64,000 bases of DNA from a candidate division TM6 bacterium GW2011_GWF2_38_10 (GCA_000992305.1 LBTY01000002.1:37490-101489); one strand, 5' to 3'. Shown: positions 19,865 to 32,529, counted from the first letter of the stretch. Notes: generated from the sequence alone by a model not told the origin. Translations and numbers: made by a program.

Positions 19865-20043
19865 AGATCCTCAAAATGTTTTATTTGTAAATTTTTCTAA
19901 AATAAAAAGTATAAACAGCGTAACAACAATTTTAATTTTATTAAACAAAAAAATGTGCTACAACAATAATCGTTGTTTTATCCGCAAGGTGATGTACAAT
20001 AACGACATGTTTGGAGTATTAATTTTTTAAAATATAGGGATAT

Positions 20044-20805
20044 ATGATTTCAGGTAAAAAAATTATATGTGTTATTCCGGCACGGCTTTCTTCAACGCGC
20101 TTTCCTCGTAAAATGTTAGCAACGCTTGCCAACCGTCCATTGTTACAGTGGGTGTGGGATGCGGCTTCTCGAGTACTGTGTTTTGATGATGTTGTTTTTG
20201 CGGTAGATGCGCCAGAAATTGCAGATGTTATTAAGCAGTTTGGTGGCAAATTTATTATGACTTCAACGGCATGCAAAAGTGGAACAGATCGGTTAATTGA
20301 GGTTGCAAGCTCGGGGGCTTATTCAGCCGATATTTGGGTTAATTGGCAGGGCGATGAGCCGTTTATTAATGAGCTTATGATCAATGATTTATTACAAACA
20401 TGTGCCACTGATGGGGCTTCGGCTTGGACTCTTAAGAAGAAAATAACAGAGATAGAACAGGTAACAAGTTCAAATGTTGCAAAGGTTGTTTGTGACCATC
20501 AAGGAAATGCTCTTTTCTTTTCCCGTAGTCCGATTCCTTTTTATCGTGATTGTGCTCATACATCAGAAGGTGTTTATTTTAAGCATGTAGGGCTTTATGC
20601 TTTTACTAATGATGCGTTACAAAAAATTTCTCGTATGGGTGTGAGTGCCTTGGAGGAGGCTGAAAAACTTGAACAATTACGTTGGCTGCAGCATGGGCTT
20701 ATGGTTCGAGTGCATGAAACGGCTTTTGAGGTGCGTGGTATTGATACATTGGATGATTTGGTTTTTGCGCATTCATATATTAAAAATATTCAACAACAAG
20801 TATAG
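20044..20805 (+). CDS. kdsB: CMP-Kdo synthetase
   Basis: IPARLSSTRFPRK, SGTDR, QGDEP, EKLEQLR. Confidence 0.96.
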   Translation: MISGKKIICVIPARLSSTRFPRKMLATLANRPLLQWVWDAASRVLCFDDVVFAVDAPEIADVIKQFGGKFIMTSTACKSGTDRLIEVASSGAYSADIWVNWQGDEPFINELMINDLLQTCATDGASAWTLKKKITEIEQVTSSNVAKVVCDHQGNALFFSRSPIPFYRDCAHTSEGVYFKHVGLYAFTNDALQKISRMGVSALEEAEKLEQLRWLQHGLMVRVHETAFEVRGIDTLDDLVFAHSYIKNIQQQV

Positions 20806-20827
20806 TAGTATTAGTACAGGGGGCTGT

Positions 20828-22141
20828 ATGATTTTTTCTATGTTACAACAAGGAGATTGTCGAGTGCAAAAGGTTAGGGATTTTGTAGCGTGTATTCAAA
20901 GGAGTTTATTTATTGTAGTGATAATGGTGACCACATCATCGATGAGTGCACAGACCTTTTTAGGGAGCTTTTTGACCATTGATAAACGTCTTGAGTCAGT
21001 TGCATCTTCTTGTAATGCTTTGCATAATCATATGAGTGACCAGAATATTGCTACATTACTAGGTTATGATGCTGCGTGCGTTAATTTTGTGCTCAAGGAT
21101 ATTCAGAATGCTATTCAAAAACCTGTTGTTTTTTTAAAAGCATTGCATGTGCTTGCTATGCAGAGCACTCAAGATCCGTTGATTAAAAAAATGAAAAAAA
21201 CGATAGAAAAATATTGTTATATATCATTTTTACAATTTATTGGCGCGCGTGATGAATCGTATCGTCTTCACAATGGATTTTTGTACCATATTCGAATGAT
21301 GTATAAGCATACTTGTTGTGAACATGAAACGAGATTTAGGCCTTTTACAACGACAATCGCATATGCATATATTGTTATGCGGATTATTGAAAAGGCTCAT
21401 CTAGAACCTAAAGATTGTTTTTATGCTGTTTTTTATTATGGAGAGATGCTAAAAAAACAATTATGTGCAATTAATACATGCTTAGAATATCAGGCTTTGA
21501 ATTATGATGTAATAGAGTGTTTTGTCCAGATGTTTCAGGATTTTGTAGAAAAAGAATGTTCCAAACAACCTGGAAAAACTTTTATAGTGGTCAAAAAAAG
21601 TTTACTTGGAGTAGTGGTTCTTGCATCTGTATGGGGAGCATATTATATGCTTAAAAAAGGAGCCTATGAAGTGACGTCTGCTGCTTCAAGTGGCATCACT
21701 CAGGGAGCGCTTACGACGTTAGGGAGCCCTGAAAGTCAACGCATTTTGCAGCAAGCAACAGCGGAGCTTCGCAAGGCGGCTACTGAAGTGACGGCTGCAG
21801 CTTCAAGTGGGTTAACCCAAGGGGTGCTTACAGCGTTGGGGAGTCCGGAAAATCAAAGCATATTACAACAAACGACAACGGGTATTTGTAGCGCGGCTAC
21901 TGACCAGGTTCTGGACCTTGTTGTGGATGAGCGGGTGCATGCATCGATTGCATCGCTTGGACAGCGTGCTATTGCTTGCTCTATAGATACGCTTGAGCGT
22001 GAACAAGACCGTCTTAATGCGATTGCAAAGGCAGCTGGTCAGGCAGCATCTGAGCCTATATTGCCGGGTGTGGCTAAGGGTGCTTTAAATTCAGTAAGTG
22101 ATGCAGTAAAACATGCTCTTATGTGGGTTCATGGGGAATAG
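20828..22141 (+). CDS. Hypothetical membrane protein with 39-aa tandem repeat
   Basis: Start ATG 20828 after AGGGGG; hydrophobic segments; duplicated EVTxAASSGxTQGxLTxLGSPExQxILQQ. Confidence 0.7.
   Translation: MIFSMLQQGDCRVQKVRDFVACIQRSLFIVVIMVTTSSMSAQTFLGSFLTIDKRLESVASSCNALHNHMSDQNIATLLGYDAACVNFVLKDIQNAIQKPVVFLKALHVLAMQSTQDPLIKKMKKTIEKYCYISFLQFIGARDESYRLHNGFLYHIRMMYKHTCCEHETRFRPFTTTIAYAYIVMRIIEKAHLEPKDCFYAVFYYGEMLKKQLCAINTCLEYQALNYDVIECFVQMFQDFVEKECSKQPGKTFIVVKKSLLGVVVLASVWGAYYMLKKGAYEVTSAASSGITQGALTTLGSPESQRILQQATAELRKAATEVTAAASSGLTQGVLTALGSPENQSILQQTTTGICSAATDQVLDLVVDERVHASIASLGQRAIACSIDTLEREQDRLNAIAKAAGQAASEPILPGVAKGALNSVSDAVKHALMWVHGE
21662..21904 (+). repeat. 117-nt intragenic tandem repeat (about 2 copies)
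   Basis: GAAGTGACG at 21668 and 21785; GCGGCTACTGA recurs one period later. Confidence 0.85.
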
Positions 22142-22196
22142 GGATATGAATATTATTGAATAGGTAATCATTTTTTACATTAAGAAAGGATACATT

Positions 22197-22862
22197 GTGA
22201 TACCAGGTTGCAAAGAGAAGAAAAAACGTGGGCGCTTAGAGGTTGTTTGTGGGTCGATGTTTTCTGGAAAAACAGAAGAACTTATTCGACGTTTAAAACG
22301 TGCTGATTTTGCACATCAAAAAGTTTTGGCACTTAAACACCATCTTGATGAGCGTCGTTGTGTCATTCCGTCTCATATCACATCACATCAAGGAAATGAA
22401 CGTTTTGCATTTATGGTTGGTGATAACGCACTTGGCATTGATAAAATTCTTGAGATGGCTACCGATGATGTTCATGTGGTGGGTATTGATGAAGTACAAT
22501 TTTTTTCTCCTGAGATTGTTCCTGTAATTGTTGAGCTTGTTGAACGTGGAAAACGTGTTATTGTTGCGGGCTTGGATCTTGATTTTAGAGGCGAGCCATT
22601 TGGTGTTATGCCAGTGTTGATGGCTGTTGCTGATGAGGTTACAAAGTTTAAAGCAATTTGCACGTGTTGTGGCAAAGATGCTCACTATACACAGCGCTTG
22701 GTAAATGGGCAACCAGCCCGTTATGATGATCCGATTATTCTTATTGGGGCCGCAGAGTGTTATGAAGCTCGTTGCCGTGATTGTTTTTCGATTGATGCGC
22801 CGGCCCAAATTTTTGCGTTTACGCAAGCGGCTGTTGGCTGGAAAGAAAAATTAGCGGAATAA
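22197..22862 (+). CDS. tdk: Thymidine kinase
   Basis: GSMFSGKTEELIRR, IDEVQFF, AGLDLDFRGEPF, YEARCR. Confidence 0.97.
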   Translation: MIPGCKEKKKRGRLEVVCGSMFSGKTEELIRRLKRADFAHQKVLALKHHLDERRCVIPSHITSHQGNERFAFMVGDNALGIDKILEMATDDVHVVGIDEVQFFSPEIVPVIVELVERGKRVIVAGLDLDFRGEPFGVMPVLMAVADEVTKFKAICTCCGKDAHYTQRLVNGQPARYDDPIILIGAAECYEARCRDCFSIDAPAQIFAFTQAAVGWKEKLAE

Positions 22863-22869
22863 GCTTGTT

Positions 22870-24258
22870 ATGGCAAAAAATAAAACATGCTATCGATGTT
22901 CAAATTGTGCGCATGAAAGTATTAAATGGGTAGGCTGTTGCCCTTCATGTGGAGAATGGAATAGTTTCATACAGGAGCAACAGCATACTGCTCTCAAGCT
23001 GCCGTCATTTTCAAAGACAAAATGCAGCAATTTTTTGTCTGCAGTAGGGAACGATCAAACATATGCAATGAGTTTATTGCAGGATATTGTTATTGAAGAT
23101 CAGGATCGAATGTGTTCTTCGCTCAAAGAGTGGGATAGAGTTTTGGGTGGTGGCATTTTACCTGGTTCTTTTATTATTTTAACAGGTGATCCTGGCATTG
23201 GAAAGTCAACATTGTTATTGCAAGTTGCAGATCTTATTGCTCAAAATAATTATGCGGTTGTTTATTTTTCTTCTGAAGAATCGTTACAACAGGTGAAAGG
23301 ACGCGCTTTACGTTTAGGAATTGGTGATACTCGCGTTAGATTTTCCGATCAAGCTTGTTTAGAGCATATCGTTGCTTTGTGCGAAAAAGAAAAACCCAAC
23401 CTTGTTATTCTTGATTCTATTCAAAATTGTTACTTGTCTGAACAGGCCCAACTTTTTCCTGGAACGGTTGCACAGTTGCGAGAAGCGGCATTTTTTTTAA
23501 TGCGTTTTGCTAAAATTAATAAAATAGCTGTGTTAGTAACTGGTCACATTACCAAAGAAGGGCAGATGGCTGGGCCAAAGGTTTTGGAGCATATGGTTGA
23601 TGCTGTTTTTTATCTACAATGTGAAGATCGTTGGCAAACGCGCATTTTACGATCGGTTAAAAATCGTTTTGGTGCCATTAACGAAGTTGGCTTTTTTGAA
23701 ATGCAAGAAGAAGGCATGGTTGAAATTGCCAATATTAATCAGCAGCTTTTGAGTGAGGTGAGTGTAAGTTCTGGATCGGTATTGGTTTCAGCAGTTGAAG
23801 GGTCACGCCCTTTATTATTGGAATTGCAGGCCCTTTGTGTAGATTCGCGCTTTGGTATGCCGCAGCGTGTGGTGACGGGGCTTGATCCTAAGCGCGTTGT
23901 TTTGGTTGCGGCAATTTTAGAAAAATATTTGCACATTCGGTTTAGTTCCCAGGATATTTTCTTTAAGGTAAGTGGTGGATTTAAAATAAAGGAAAGTTCA
24001 TCTGATTTAGGAATTGCTTTAGCTTTACTTTCCAGTTATTTTCAAATGCCGTTACCTCAAAAATCGGTTGCAATAGGTGAAATTAGTTTGACGGGACAGA
24101 TTAAGCCGGCAAATCAAATAGGTATTTGCATAAAAGAAGTTGAAAAGTTTGGGCTTGAAAATGTTTTTATTGCAAAGACACAACAGGTTAAAACATCTTG
24201 TAAATTGATTGGTCTTGGCTCGGTGTATGATCTTTTAACGCTTTTTCCGGAAAAATAA
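22870..24258 (+). CDS. radA: DNA repair protein RadA/Sms
   Basis: C4 Zn finger, GDPGIGKST, KNRFG, Lon-like C-terminus. Confidence 0.98.
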   Translation: MAKNKTCYRCSNCAHESIKWVGCCPSCGEWNSFIQEQQHTALKLPSFSKTKCSNFLSAVGNDQTYAMSLLQDIVIEDQDRMCSSLKEWDRVLGGGILPGSFIILTGDPGIGKSTLLLQVADLIAQNNYAVVYFSSEESLQQVKGRALRLGIGDTRVRFSDQACLEHIVALCEKEKPNLVILDSIQNCYLSEQAQLFPGTVAQLREAAFFLMRFAKINKIAVLVTGHITKEGQMAGPKVLEHMVDAVFYLQCEDRWQTRILRSVKNRFGAINEVGFFEMQEEGMVEIANINQQLLSEVSVSSGSVLVSAVEGSRPLLLELQALCVDSRFGMPQRVVTGLDPKRVVLVAAILEKYLHIRFSSQDIFFKVSGGFKIKESSSDLGIALALLSSYFQMPLPQKSVAIGEISLTGQIKPANQIGICIKEVEKFGLENVFIAKTQQVKTSCKLIGLGSVYDLLTLFPEK

Positions 24259-24267
24259 AATATTCGT

Positions 24268-24299
24268 AAAAAAAGGCCTTGAATTTCAAGGCCTTTTTT
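24268..24299. terminator. Bidirectional intrinsic terminator between convergent radA and glmS
   Basis: A7-GGCCTTGAA-T-TTCAAGGCC-T6. Confidence 0.85.
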
Positions 24300-26216
24300 C
24301 TATTCAACAGTTACTGATTTAGCAAGATTTCTTGGTTTATCTGGTGGGCGATCTAATTCTCGTGCCATTTGATAAACAAAAAATTGCATAATTCCAGACA
24401 TGGCGATTGGTGCAAGGAGTGGATTAACGCGAGGGATAATAAATGCAACATCGGCTGCATCTATTAACTCTGTTTGCCCTTCAAATGCAAAAGCTATAAC
24501 ATGTCCTCTTCTTGTCTTTACTTCGTGAGCGTTTGAGACCAGTTTATTATAAATAAGTTCATCAAGAACTGAAAAAATGACAACTGGGGTATGCTCATCT
24601 ACAAGAGCTATCGGACCATGCTTGAGTTCGCCAGCAGGATAGCATTGTGCAAAAATATACGAAACTTCTTTGAGCTTAAGTGCCGCTTCGAGAGCAAATG
24701 GATAGTTGATATGTCTACTTAAGAATATAAACTTATCAAATTTTGCATAATATGGTGCGAGCTCTTGAGTTATTCTGAGTTTATTTGTTTCGAGGGTTGT
24801 TTCAAGTATTTCTGCTGCAATAAATAAATCGTCTTGAGCTATTTTGAGTTGGTCTAAGTTTATCATTCCACGTTCATATGCCATGCGATTTGCTAACCAG
24901 TAGAGCGATGCTACTTGGCTTGTAAATGTTTTTGTTGCGGCAACTGAAATCTCAGGTCCCGCTTGCATAGGCAAGAAACCAGAGGCTTCTCGGACGATGG
25001 AGCTTGATGGAACATTGGTGATTGCAATTGTTTGCATATCAAGCGAATTAACCAATCGTAAAGCTTCTAATGTATCAGCGGTTTCTCCAGATTGAGAAAG
25101 CATAATAAAGAGAGAGTCTTTATTAACAAAAAGAGGCATATAGCGAAACTCTGATGCCAAATAAACATGCGTTGGAATTTTAGCAATCATCTCAAAGAAA
25201 AATTGTGCGATACGCGCAGCATGCCAGGATGTTCCTGCGGCAACGAGATTAATCGTTTTGAGCGTACTTATCTGATCTGCTGTAACACCCAGTTGTCGCC
25301 AAAGGCTTAGATTGTTTTCCGCATGCGTAATTAGTGGATTTTTTTTGTTTGATTCATTTAAATTGTCAGTGGAAACCATGCTGCCTATTGTATTAAAGAA
25401 GTTTATGGTTCGCATAATAGCATGCTTTTGTTCATAGATTTCTTTAATCATAAAGTGTTCAAAGTTTTGCTTATCAACGGTGGCATATGTTGCATTAATA
25501 GTGTCAATTTTTACATTGAGTAAGTTGCCTTGAAAATCATAGATTGCGACATTATCTTTTGTAACAATTGCAAACGAATCATCTGGAACAAAAATAATTT
25601 GGTTTGTTTTATCCGAGAATGCAAGAAAATCTGAGGCAACAAACATTTCATTATTTCCAACCCCAATAACCATTGGTGATTTTCGACGAATAACAATAAG
25701 CTTATCTGGATGGCTTTCAAGCATATAGATCAAAGCATACGCGCCATCGAGTTTTTGTGTAAGTGCAATAACAGCGGATGAGATGCTTTTATTTTTTTCA
25801 AGGAGTGTACTGAACAGATGTGCAGCAACTTCTGAATCGGTAGATGAACAAAATTCGTGACCTTCTTTTATAAGCGATGCGCGAATTTTTTCAAATCCTT
25901 CTATAATGCCGTTATGAACGACCGCAATAGTCCTACTACAATTAAAGTGAGGGTGTGCGTTAACTTGATTTACAATGCCATGCGTTGCCCAACGGGTATG
26001 CCCCATGCCAATAGAGCCATCACAGGTTACGGTTTCGGACATTTTTTTTACGATATCAACCATTCCTGCTTCTTTGTGACAGCAAAATCTTTTGGACTTA
26101 TTGTCTACACAAACAAAACCAGCTGAATCATAGCCACGATATTCTAGTCTTAGTAGACCATCAAAGATATGTTGGCGACAGGGTTTGTCACCAACATATG
26201 CAACAATTCCACACAT
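24300..26216 (-). CDS. glmS: Glutamine--fructose-6-phosphate aminotransferase
   Basis: MCGIV, GHTRWATHG, SQSGETADT, PRNLAKSVTVE. Confidence 0.99.
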   Translation of the reverse strand: MCGIVAYVGDKPCRQHIFDGLLRLEYRGYDSAGFVCVDNKSKRFCCHKEAGMVDIVKKMSETVTCDGSIGMGHTRWATHGIVNQVNAHPHFNCSRTIAVVHNGIIEGFEKIRASLIKEGHEFCSSTDSEVAAHLFSTLLEKNKSISSAVIALTQKLDGAYALIYMLESHPDKLIVIRRKSPMVIGVGNNEMFVASDFLAFSDKTNQIIFVPDDSFAIVTKDNVAIYDFQGNLLNVKIDTINATYATVDKQNFEHFMIKEIYEQKHAIMRTINFFNTIGSMVSTDNLNESNKKNPLITHAENNLSLWRQLGVTADQISTLKTINLVAAGTSWHAARIAQFFFEMIAKIPTHVYLASEFRYMPLFVNKDSLFIMLSQSGETADTLEALRLVNSLDMQTIAITNVPSSSIVREASGFLPMQAGPEISVAATKTFTSQVASLYWLANRMAYERGMINLDQLKIAQDDLFIAAEILETTLETNKLRITQELAPYYAKFDKFIFLSRHINYPFALEAALKLKEVSYIFAQCYPAGELKHGPIALVDEHTPVVIFSVLDELIYNKLVSNAHEVKTRRGHVIAFAFEGQTELIDAADVAFIIPRVNPLLAPIAMSGIMQFFVYQMARELDRPPDKPRNLAKSVTVE

Positions 26217-26281
26217 CAGAGTGTCCTTGATTTTTTAAAAAAGAATAATAAAAGATGACGCGCGGATTGGCGTTCGGATTA

Positions 26282-26695
26282 TTATCTTTTTACGAATTGG
26301 AACTTGCGACGAGCAGCTTTTTGCCCATATTTTTTACGTTCTTTAACGCGAGAGTCAACTGTTAAAAGATCATTTTGACGTAATACTTTGCGAAAATCTT
26401 CATTCGAGGCCAATAATGCTCTTGCAATACCTAATTGTGTTGCGCCTGCTTGGCTTTTCAAGCCACCGCCAAAAATATTTACCATAATATCAGTTGAAGA
26501 GGTCAATCCGGTAACCTTAAGAGGAAGCAATACTTTTTGCAAAGAAAGTTCTGTATCAAAGTATTGTTTGAAGTCTTTTCCATTGACGGTGATTGAACCT
26601 TTACCAGGTTTTGCCCAAACACGAGCAACGGATGATTTACGACGACCTACGCCATGAGTAGCATTGCTTGAATATGATGCTTTTTGTGTTGCCAT
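26282..26695 (-). CDS. rpsI: 30S ribosomal protein S9
   Basis: GRRKSSVARV, GGG..QAGA, ERKKYG..ARRKFQFVKR; start ATG 26695. Confidence 0.98.
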   Translation of the reverse strand: MATQKASYSSNATHGVGRRKSSVARVWAKPGKGSITVNGKDFKQYFDTELSLQKVLLPLKVTGLTSSTDIMVNIFGGGLKSQAGATQLGIARALLASNEDFRKVLRQNDLLTVDSRVKERKKYGQKAARRKFQFVKR

Positions 26696-26769
26696 AAAAA
26701 TTACAAACCTAATTTTTTGAGTTGATACCATTCTCACCTGTATCTAAGGTGAGCTTAATACGACACGAA

Positions 26770-26798
26770 ATCTTACCGTAGCTTAAAAAATTTGTCAA
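26770..26798 (-). promoter_or_regulatory. Sigma70-type promoter for rpsI(-glmS)
   Basis: TTGACA-17 nt-TAAGAT on the minus strand. Confidence 0.7.
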
Positions 26799-26841
26799 AA
26801 ATAACCCAAAAAACTTCTGTTAAAACAGAAATTTAATTTGA

Positions 26842-26916
<75 letters not shown>

Positions 26917-26959
26917 TTGGCATTATTTTCAATTAGACTAGAGTATGCCAGATGATTTC

Positions 26960-27304
26960 TTACTTTTCAAGAGCTTCTTGGCAGGAAATACATCGTGCGG
27001 CATAGGGAAAGTGCTCTAAGCGTCGCTCTGATATTGGTTCTCCGCAGTCAATGCAAACGCCGTATTCGCCATTTTCAATCCTCATAAGAGCGTTGTTAAT
27101 GAGATTAAGTTCGTCAATTTCGCTCTTTTGTAAAGAATTTTGAAGTGTTTCCATCGTGAGCGAAAGTGCTTCGTCTCCACTGTCTTGCACTTGTCCATCT
27201 GATACCTTGTCATTGGCGATATCAAGGAGTTGTGCTGTCATATCATTTTTTCTTTCGACAAGAAGTTTCTTAATTTTTTCGATGAATTCTGCTCTCAATT
27301 TCAC
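26960..27304 (-). CDS. dksA: DksA/TraR C4 zinc-finger protein
   Basis: DSGDEA coiled-coil tip, YGVCIDCGEPI..RL..P.A.RCISCQ. Confidence 0.88.
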   Translation of the reverse strand: MKLRAEFIEKIKKLLVERKNDMTAQLLDIANDKVSDGQVQDSGDEALSLTMETLQNSLQKSEIDELNLINNALMRIENGEYGVCIDCGEPISERRLEHFPYAARCISCQEALEK

Positions 27305-27773
27305 GGCAAGCCTTTCTCTTTTTGCGTTTGTCGGAAAAAAATAACTTTAACAGTTCTATGCTTTCTTCTTTTTTAACACCAGCTTCTATTGTTAACTGTT
27401 TTGCAAAGCTTGGGGGTTGCAAGTTTGCCCATGCTGAAGGTCCAAAAAGCGTAGAAGGGGCCCCGTAAACAACGCGAGCAATTCTACTTAATTGGATAAG
27501 TCCAAGACACATGAGGCATGGTTCTAGTGTTACGTATAAGGTGCAGTCTAATAGTCGCCAATTTTTTATTTTTTTACATGCTCGCTGGATGGCACGCGCT
27601 TCAGCGTGTGCGCTGTGACATTGTGTTTTTTCAATAAGGTTGTGGGCTCGTGCTATAATAACTCCTTCCTTATTGACAATGACGGCGCCTACCGGGACCT
27701 CATTTTTTTTGAGAGCCACTTTGGCTTGTGCTAAGGCTTTATTCATGTAAAAAAAATCTTTATTATTTTTCAT
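27270..27773 (-). CDS. tadA: tRNA adenosine(34) deaminase
   Basis: EVPVGAV, HAE, NWRL, TLEPCLMC. Confidence 0.95.
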   Translation of the reverse strand: MKNNKDFFYMNKALAQAKVALKKNEVPVGAVIVNKEGVIIARAHNLIEKTQCHSAHAEARAIQRACKKIKNWRLLDCTLYVTLEPCLMCLGLIQLSRIARVVYGAPSTLFGPSAWANLQPPSFAKQLTIEAGVKKEESIELLKLFFSDKRKKRKACREIESRIHRKN

Positions 27774-28010
27774 AAAATTTCAATGCCATATATCCTACAC
27801 TAAAGCGATCTTTTTGTGCAAGGTATTTTATCGTATTTTTACATTTTTAATAAATATTTTTTAAAATTCCCCATTTGTTGAATAATTTGGTATGCTTTTG
27901 CAACATTTGTATGAAAAATATGTATGCGTAAAAATCATAAAGAATAGGTGTTCTTAATGCAAGTTTTTGGGCACATAATTATTGGATGGTCGTGATATTG
28001 AGGGGTTGTT

Positions 28011-30435
<2,425 letters not shown>

Positions 30436-30445
30436 TTAAAAAGAA

Positions 30446-30949
30446 ATGAATTGTATGATAATAAAAGTTATGAAAAAAAGCATGGCGGTGTTGATTCTTA
30501 TGGTTGCAGGATGTAGTAATCATCATCATCATGAACATTGTGGATGTCATGGTCATCACGGTGATCCTGTTTTTGAAAAGAATGGTTTATATAAAATTAT
30601 CACATTAGATGAGATAGATAGTGTTACTCATCCAACGATTATACGCTTTTCAAGCTTAGATGAGCGGTCTGGATTTGTGCATCTTTCTTTTGGTTATCAG
30701 GTTATGCGTACCATAAAATCTTTTTTTAAAAACGATACAAAGGTTTATGTTATTGCGTTAGACCAGGAAGGGCTTGAATCGGCTGGTGCATCAATTTGCA
30801 AAGAAGCTAATAAGCCAGGGGGGGATATTTTCCCCCATGTGTATAATCTCACGACTATTCCTGTTTTGGCAATAAAAGAAATACGTATTTTTGAGCGTGA
30901 TGCTCAAGGCCATTGGAAGGAGTCTCACGAGGCTTTATCTGATTTATAA
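30446..30949 (+). CDS. DUF952-family lipoprotein with His-rich N-terminus
   Basis: Lipobox VAGC, NHHHHEHCGCHGHHG, LYKI..SSLD..GFVHLS..Q..FPHVY DUF952 pattern. Confidence 0.8.
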   Translation: MNCMIIKVMKKSMAVLILMVAGCSNHHHHEHCGCHGHHGDPVFEKNGLYKIITLDEIDSVTHPTIIRFSSLDERSGFVHLSFGYQVMRTIKSFFKNDTKVYVIALDQEGLESAGASICKEANKPGGDIFPHVYNLTTIPVLAIKEIRIFERDAQGHWKESHEALSDL

Positions 30950-32283
30950 GGGCTCCATTGGCGTACATTATTTTGCACCTCTTTAAAGAAATCTTTAGGG
31001 AGGTGCATTGTTGTTTGTAGTTGATTTTTATCCCATGGAGAAACTTGAATTTTAAAAAAGTTTCTTGTTAGTTTTATATTAATGTCAAGATCAGTATTAT
31101 CTACTTTTTGTGCTTGAATTGCTGCTATAATCATTGGCGATATAACGCTGATAGGTAACGGAGATAGTGGGTTTTTGGTGTGTTTCCATGAAATGCTCCA
31201 TAGTTCTTTGTGTCCTATGCGATAGTGTTTATCAAATTCTTTTTTTCGTTTTTTTTTGTGGTAATTAATAATAAGTCTGCCTTGGAATATATTTGGTATT
31301 GGTTTAACAAAAATAAGTTGATCTTTGGTGATGGTAATTTTTCTATTACTTTTTTCTTTGGTGCTGATAAAATCTAGGTTTTGAATTGAGTCGTGTTCTG
31401 AGTAAAAACTATATACATTTTTAAAAATGGGCGATGTTATTACATGGATGGTTTCAACTTGAATGGGGGTTCCAAGCATGATAAGCTCATCAATAGTGAG
31501 ATTGCTATTTGGAACGTAGTCATACCTTTTGAATTTTTTGTTTTTATACGCGCCTTCTTGATTTTTTAGTGTTTTCATATATGCAAACATATGAAAGAGT
31601 GATTGGTCTTGATAATCGCACTTGTTCTTTTTTTCTTCTAATAGTGAGATTTTGGGTGTGAGGAGGATTTCTTTAATTGTGGCAAGGTTGAGACAGAGGT
31701 TGCCGCCGTGGCTGTGTGCAATTAATCGAATTTTTGGATTTTTTCCAAGGCAATGGTAGCGATCAATTTCTTCAGCCAGAAGATTATATAATCTAATTGC
31801 TTCTTTACGACGTTGTTTTTGACTCAAAAGGCCACTCCATCCAAACGTGTAAACATGGTGTTCTTGAGGGCTTTGCGTGCATTGTTCTGCAAAATTGATA
31901 AACGCTTTGGCAAGGGGATAAGCTAAATATTTTTTTCCGTTGGTTGTGTCGATGTTATAACTTGGTTTAACTTCGATAAGTCCTTTGCCAAGCATTGGTT
32001 GATCTTGGTAAAATTCATCATTTTTTCGTTTTGAGTTAATCATTGATTTATACAGTGTTTTGTTGACCTCATCATTAATTACTGATGGGAGGCTAAAAAA
32101 TGCGAATAAACAATTAAATGTTCCATGGATAAAAACATCGATCCAGCATTCGGATTGTTCGGTTTTTAGTACGTGTTGCGTGTGGTGGACATGCTGTGAT
32201 GTTACTTGTTGCAGGTGGTAGCCATATATGAGTATGCTGGTGATTATGCCGATAATGCTTGTACTATATATCCATTTTTTCAT
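30925..32283 (-). CDS. Membrane-anchored alpha/beta hydrolase (lipase-like)
   Basis: N-terminal TM, FIHGT, FGWSG, AHSHGG nucleophile elbow, LGTP. Confidence 0.75.
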   Translation of the reverse strand: MKKWIYSTSIIGIITSILIYGYHLQQVTSQHVHHTQHVLKTEQSECWIDVFIHGTFNCLFAFFSLPSVINDEVNKTLYKSMINSKRKNDEFYQDQPMLGKGLIEVKPSYNIDTTNGKKYLAYPLAKAFINFAEQCTQSPQEHHVYTFGWSGLLSQKQRRKEAIRLYNLLAEEIDRYHCLGKNPKIRLIAHSHGGNLCLNLATIKEILLTPKISLLEEKKNKCDYQDQSLFHMFAYMKTLKNQEGAYKNKKFKRYDYVPNSNLTIDELIMLGTPIQVETIHVITSPIFKNVYSFYSEHDSIQNLDFISTKEKSNRKITITKDQLIFVKPIPNIFQGRLIINYHKKKRKKEFDKHYRIGHKELWSISWKHTKNPLSPLPISVISPMIIAAIQAQKVDNTDLDINIKLTRNFFKIQVSPWDKNQLQTTMHLPKDFFKEVQNNVRQWSPYKSDKAS

Positions 32284-32529
32284 ACAATTCCTTTCTCTTT
32301 TTTATAACTTTAAAGCAAGTAGGTTGTGTGGAGCAATATTTTTAAAAAATTGATTTTTGTTTTTTTGATGGTGTTGCTTTTTTGGAATGTGCAATGATGG
32401 TTTTAACAGCATAATGGAAGAAAATGTGGTTTTTGTTGAATTTCTATTGTGATTTTTTTTACACTAAAATTAATAAAGAGGCTTGGGCGAATTATAAGGG
32501 GGCCTTTCATAAACGTGTTGGGTGGGGAT

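Noticed and set aside
20645..20827. Upstream extension of the hypothetical gene overlapping kdsB
   Set aside because: ATG 20828 with an SD avoids the 160-nt overlap
26217..26281. glmS ribozyme
   Set aside because: Only 65 nt upstream of glmS and no recognisable core
27980..28005. GATGGTCGTGATATT upstream of gyrB, resembling the missing DxGRGI coding segment
   Set aside because: Short, imperfect match adjacent to the SD; consistent with chance, and no mechanism is evident
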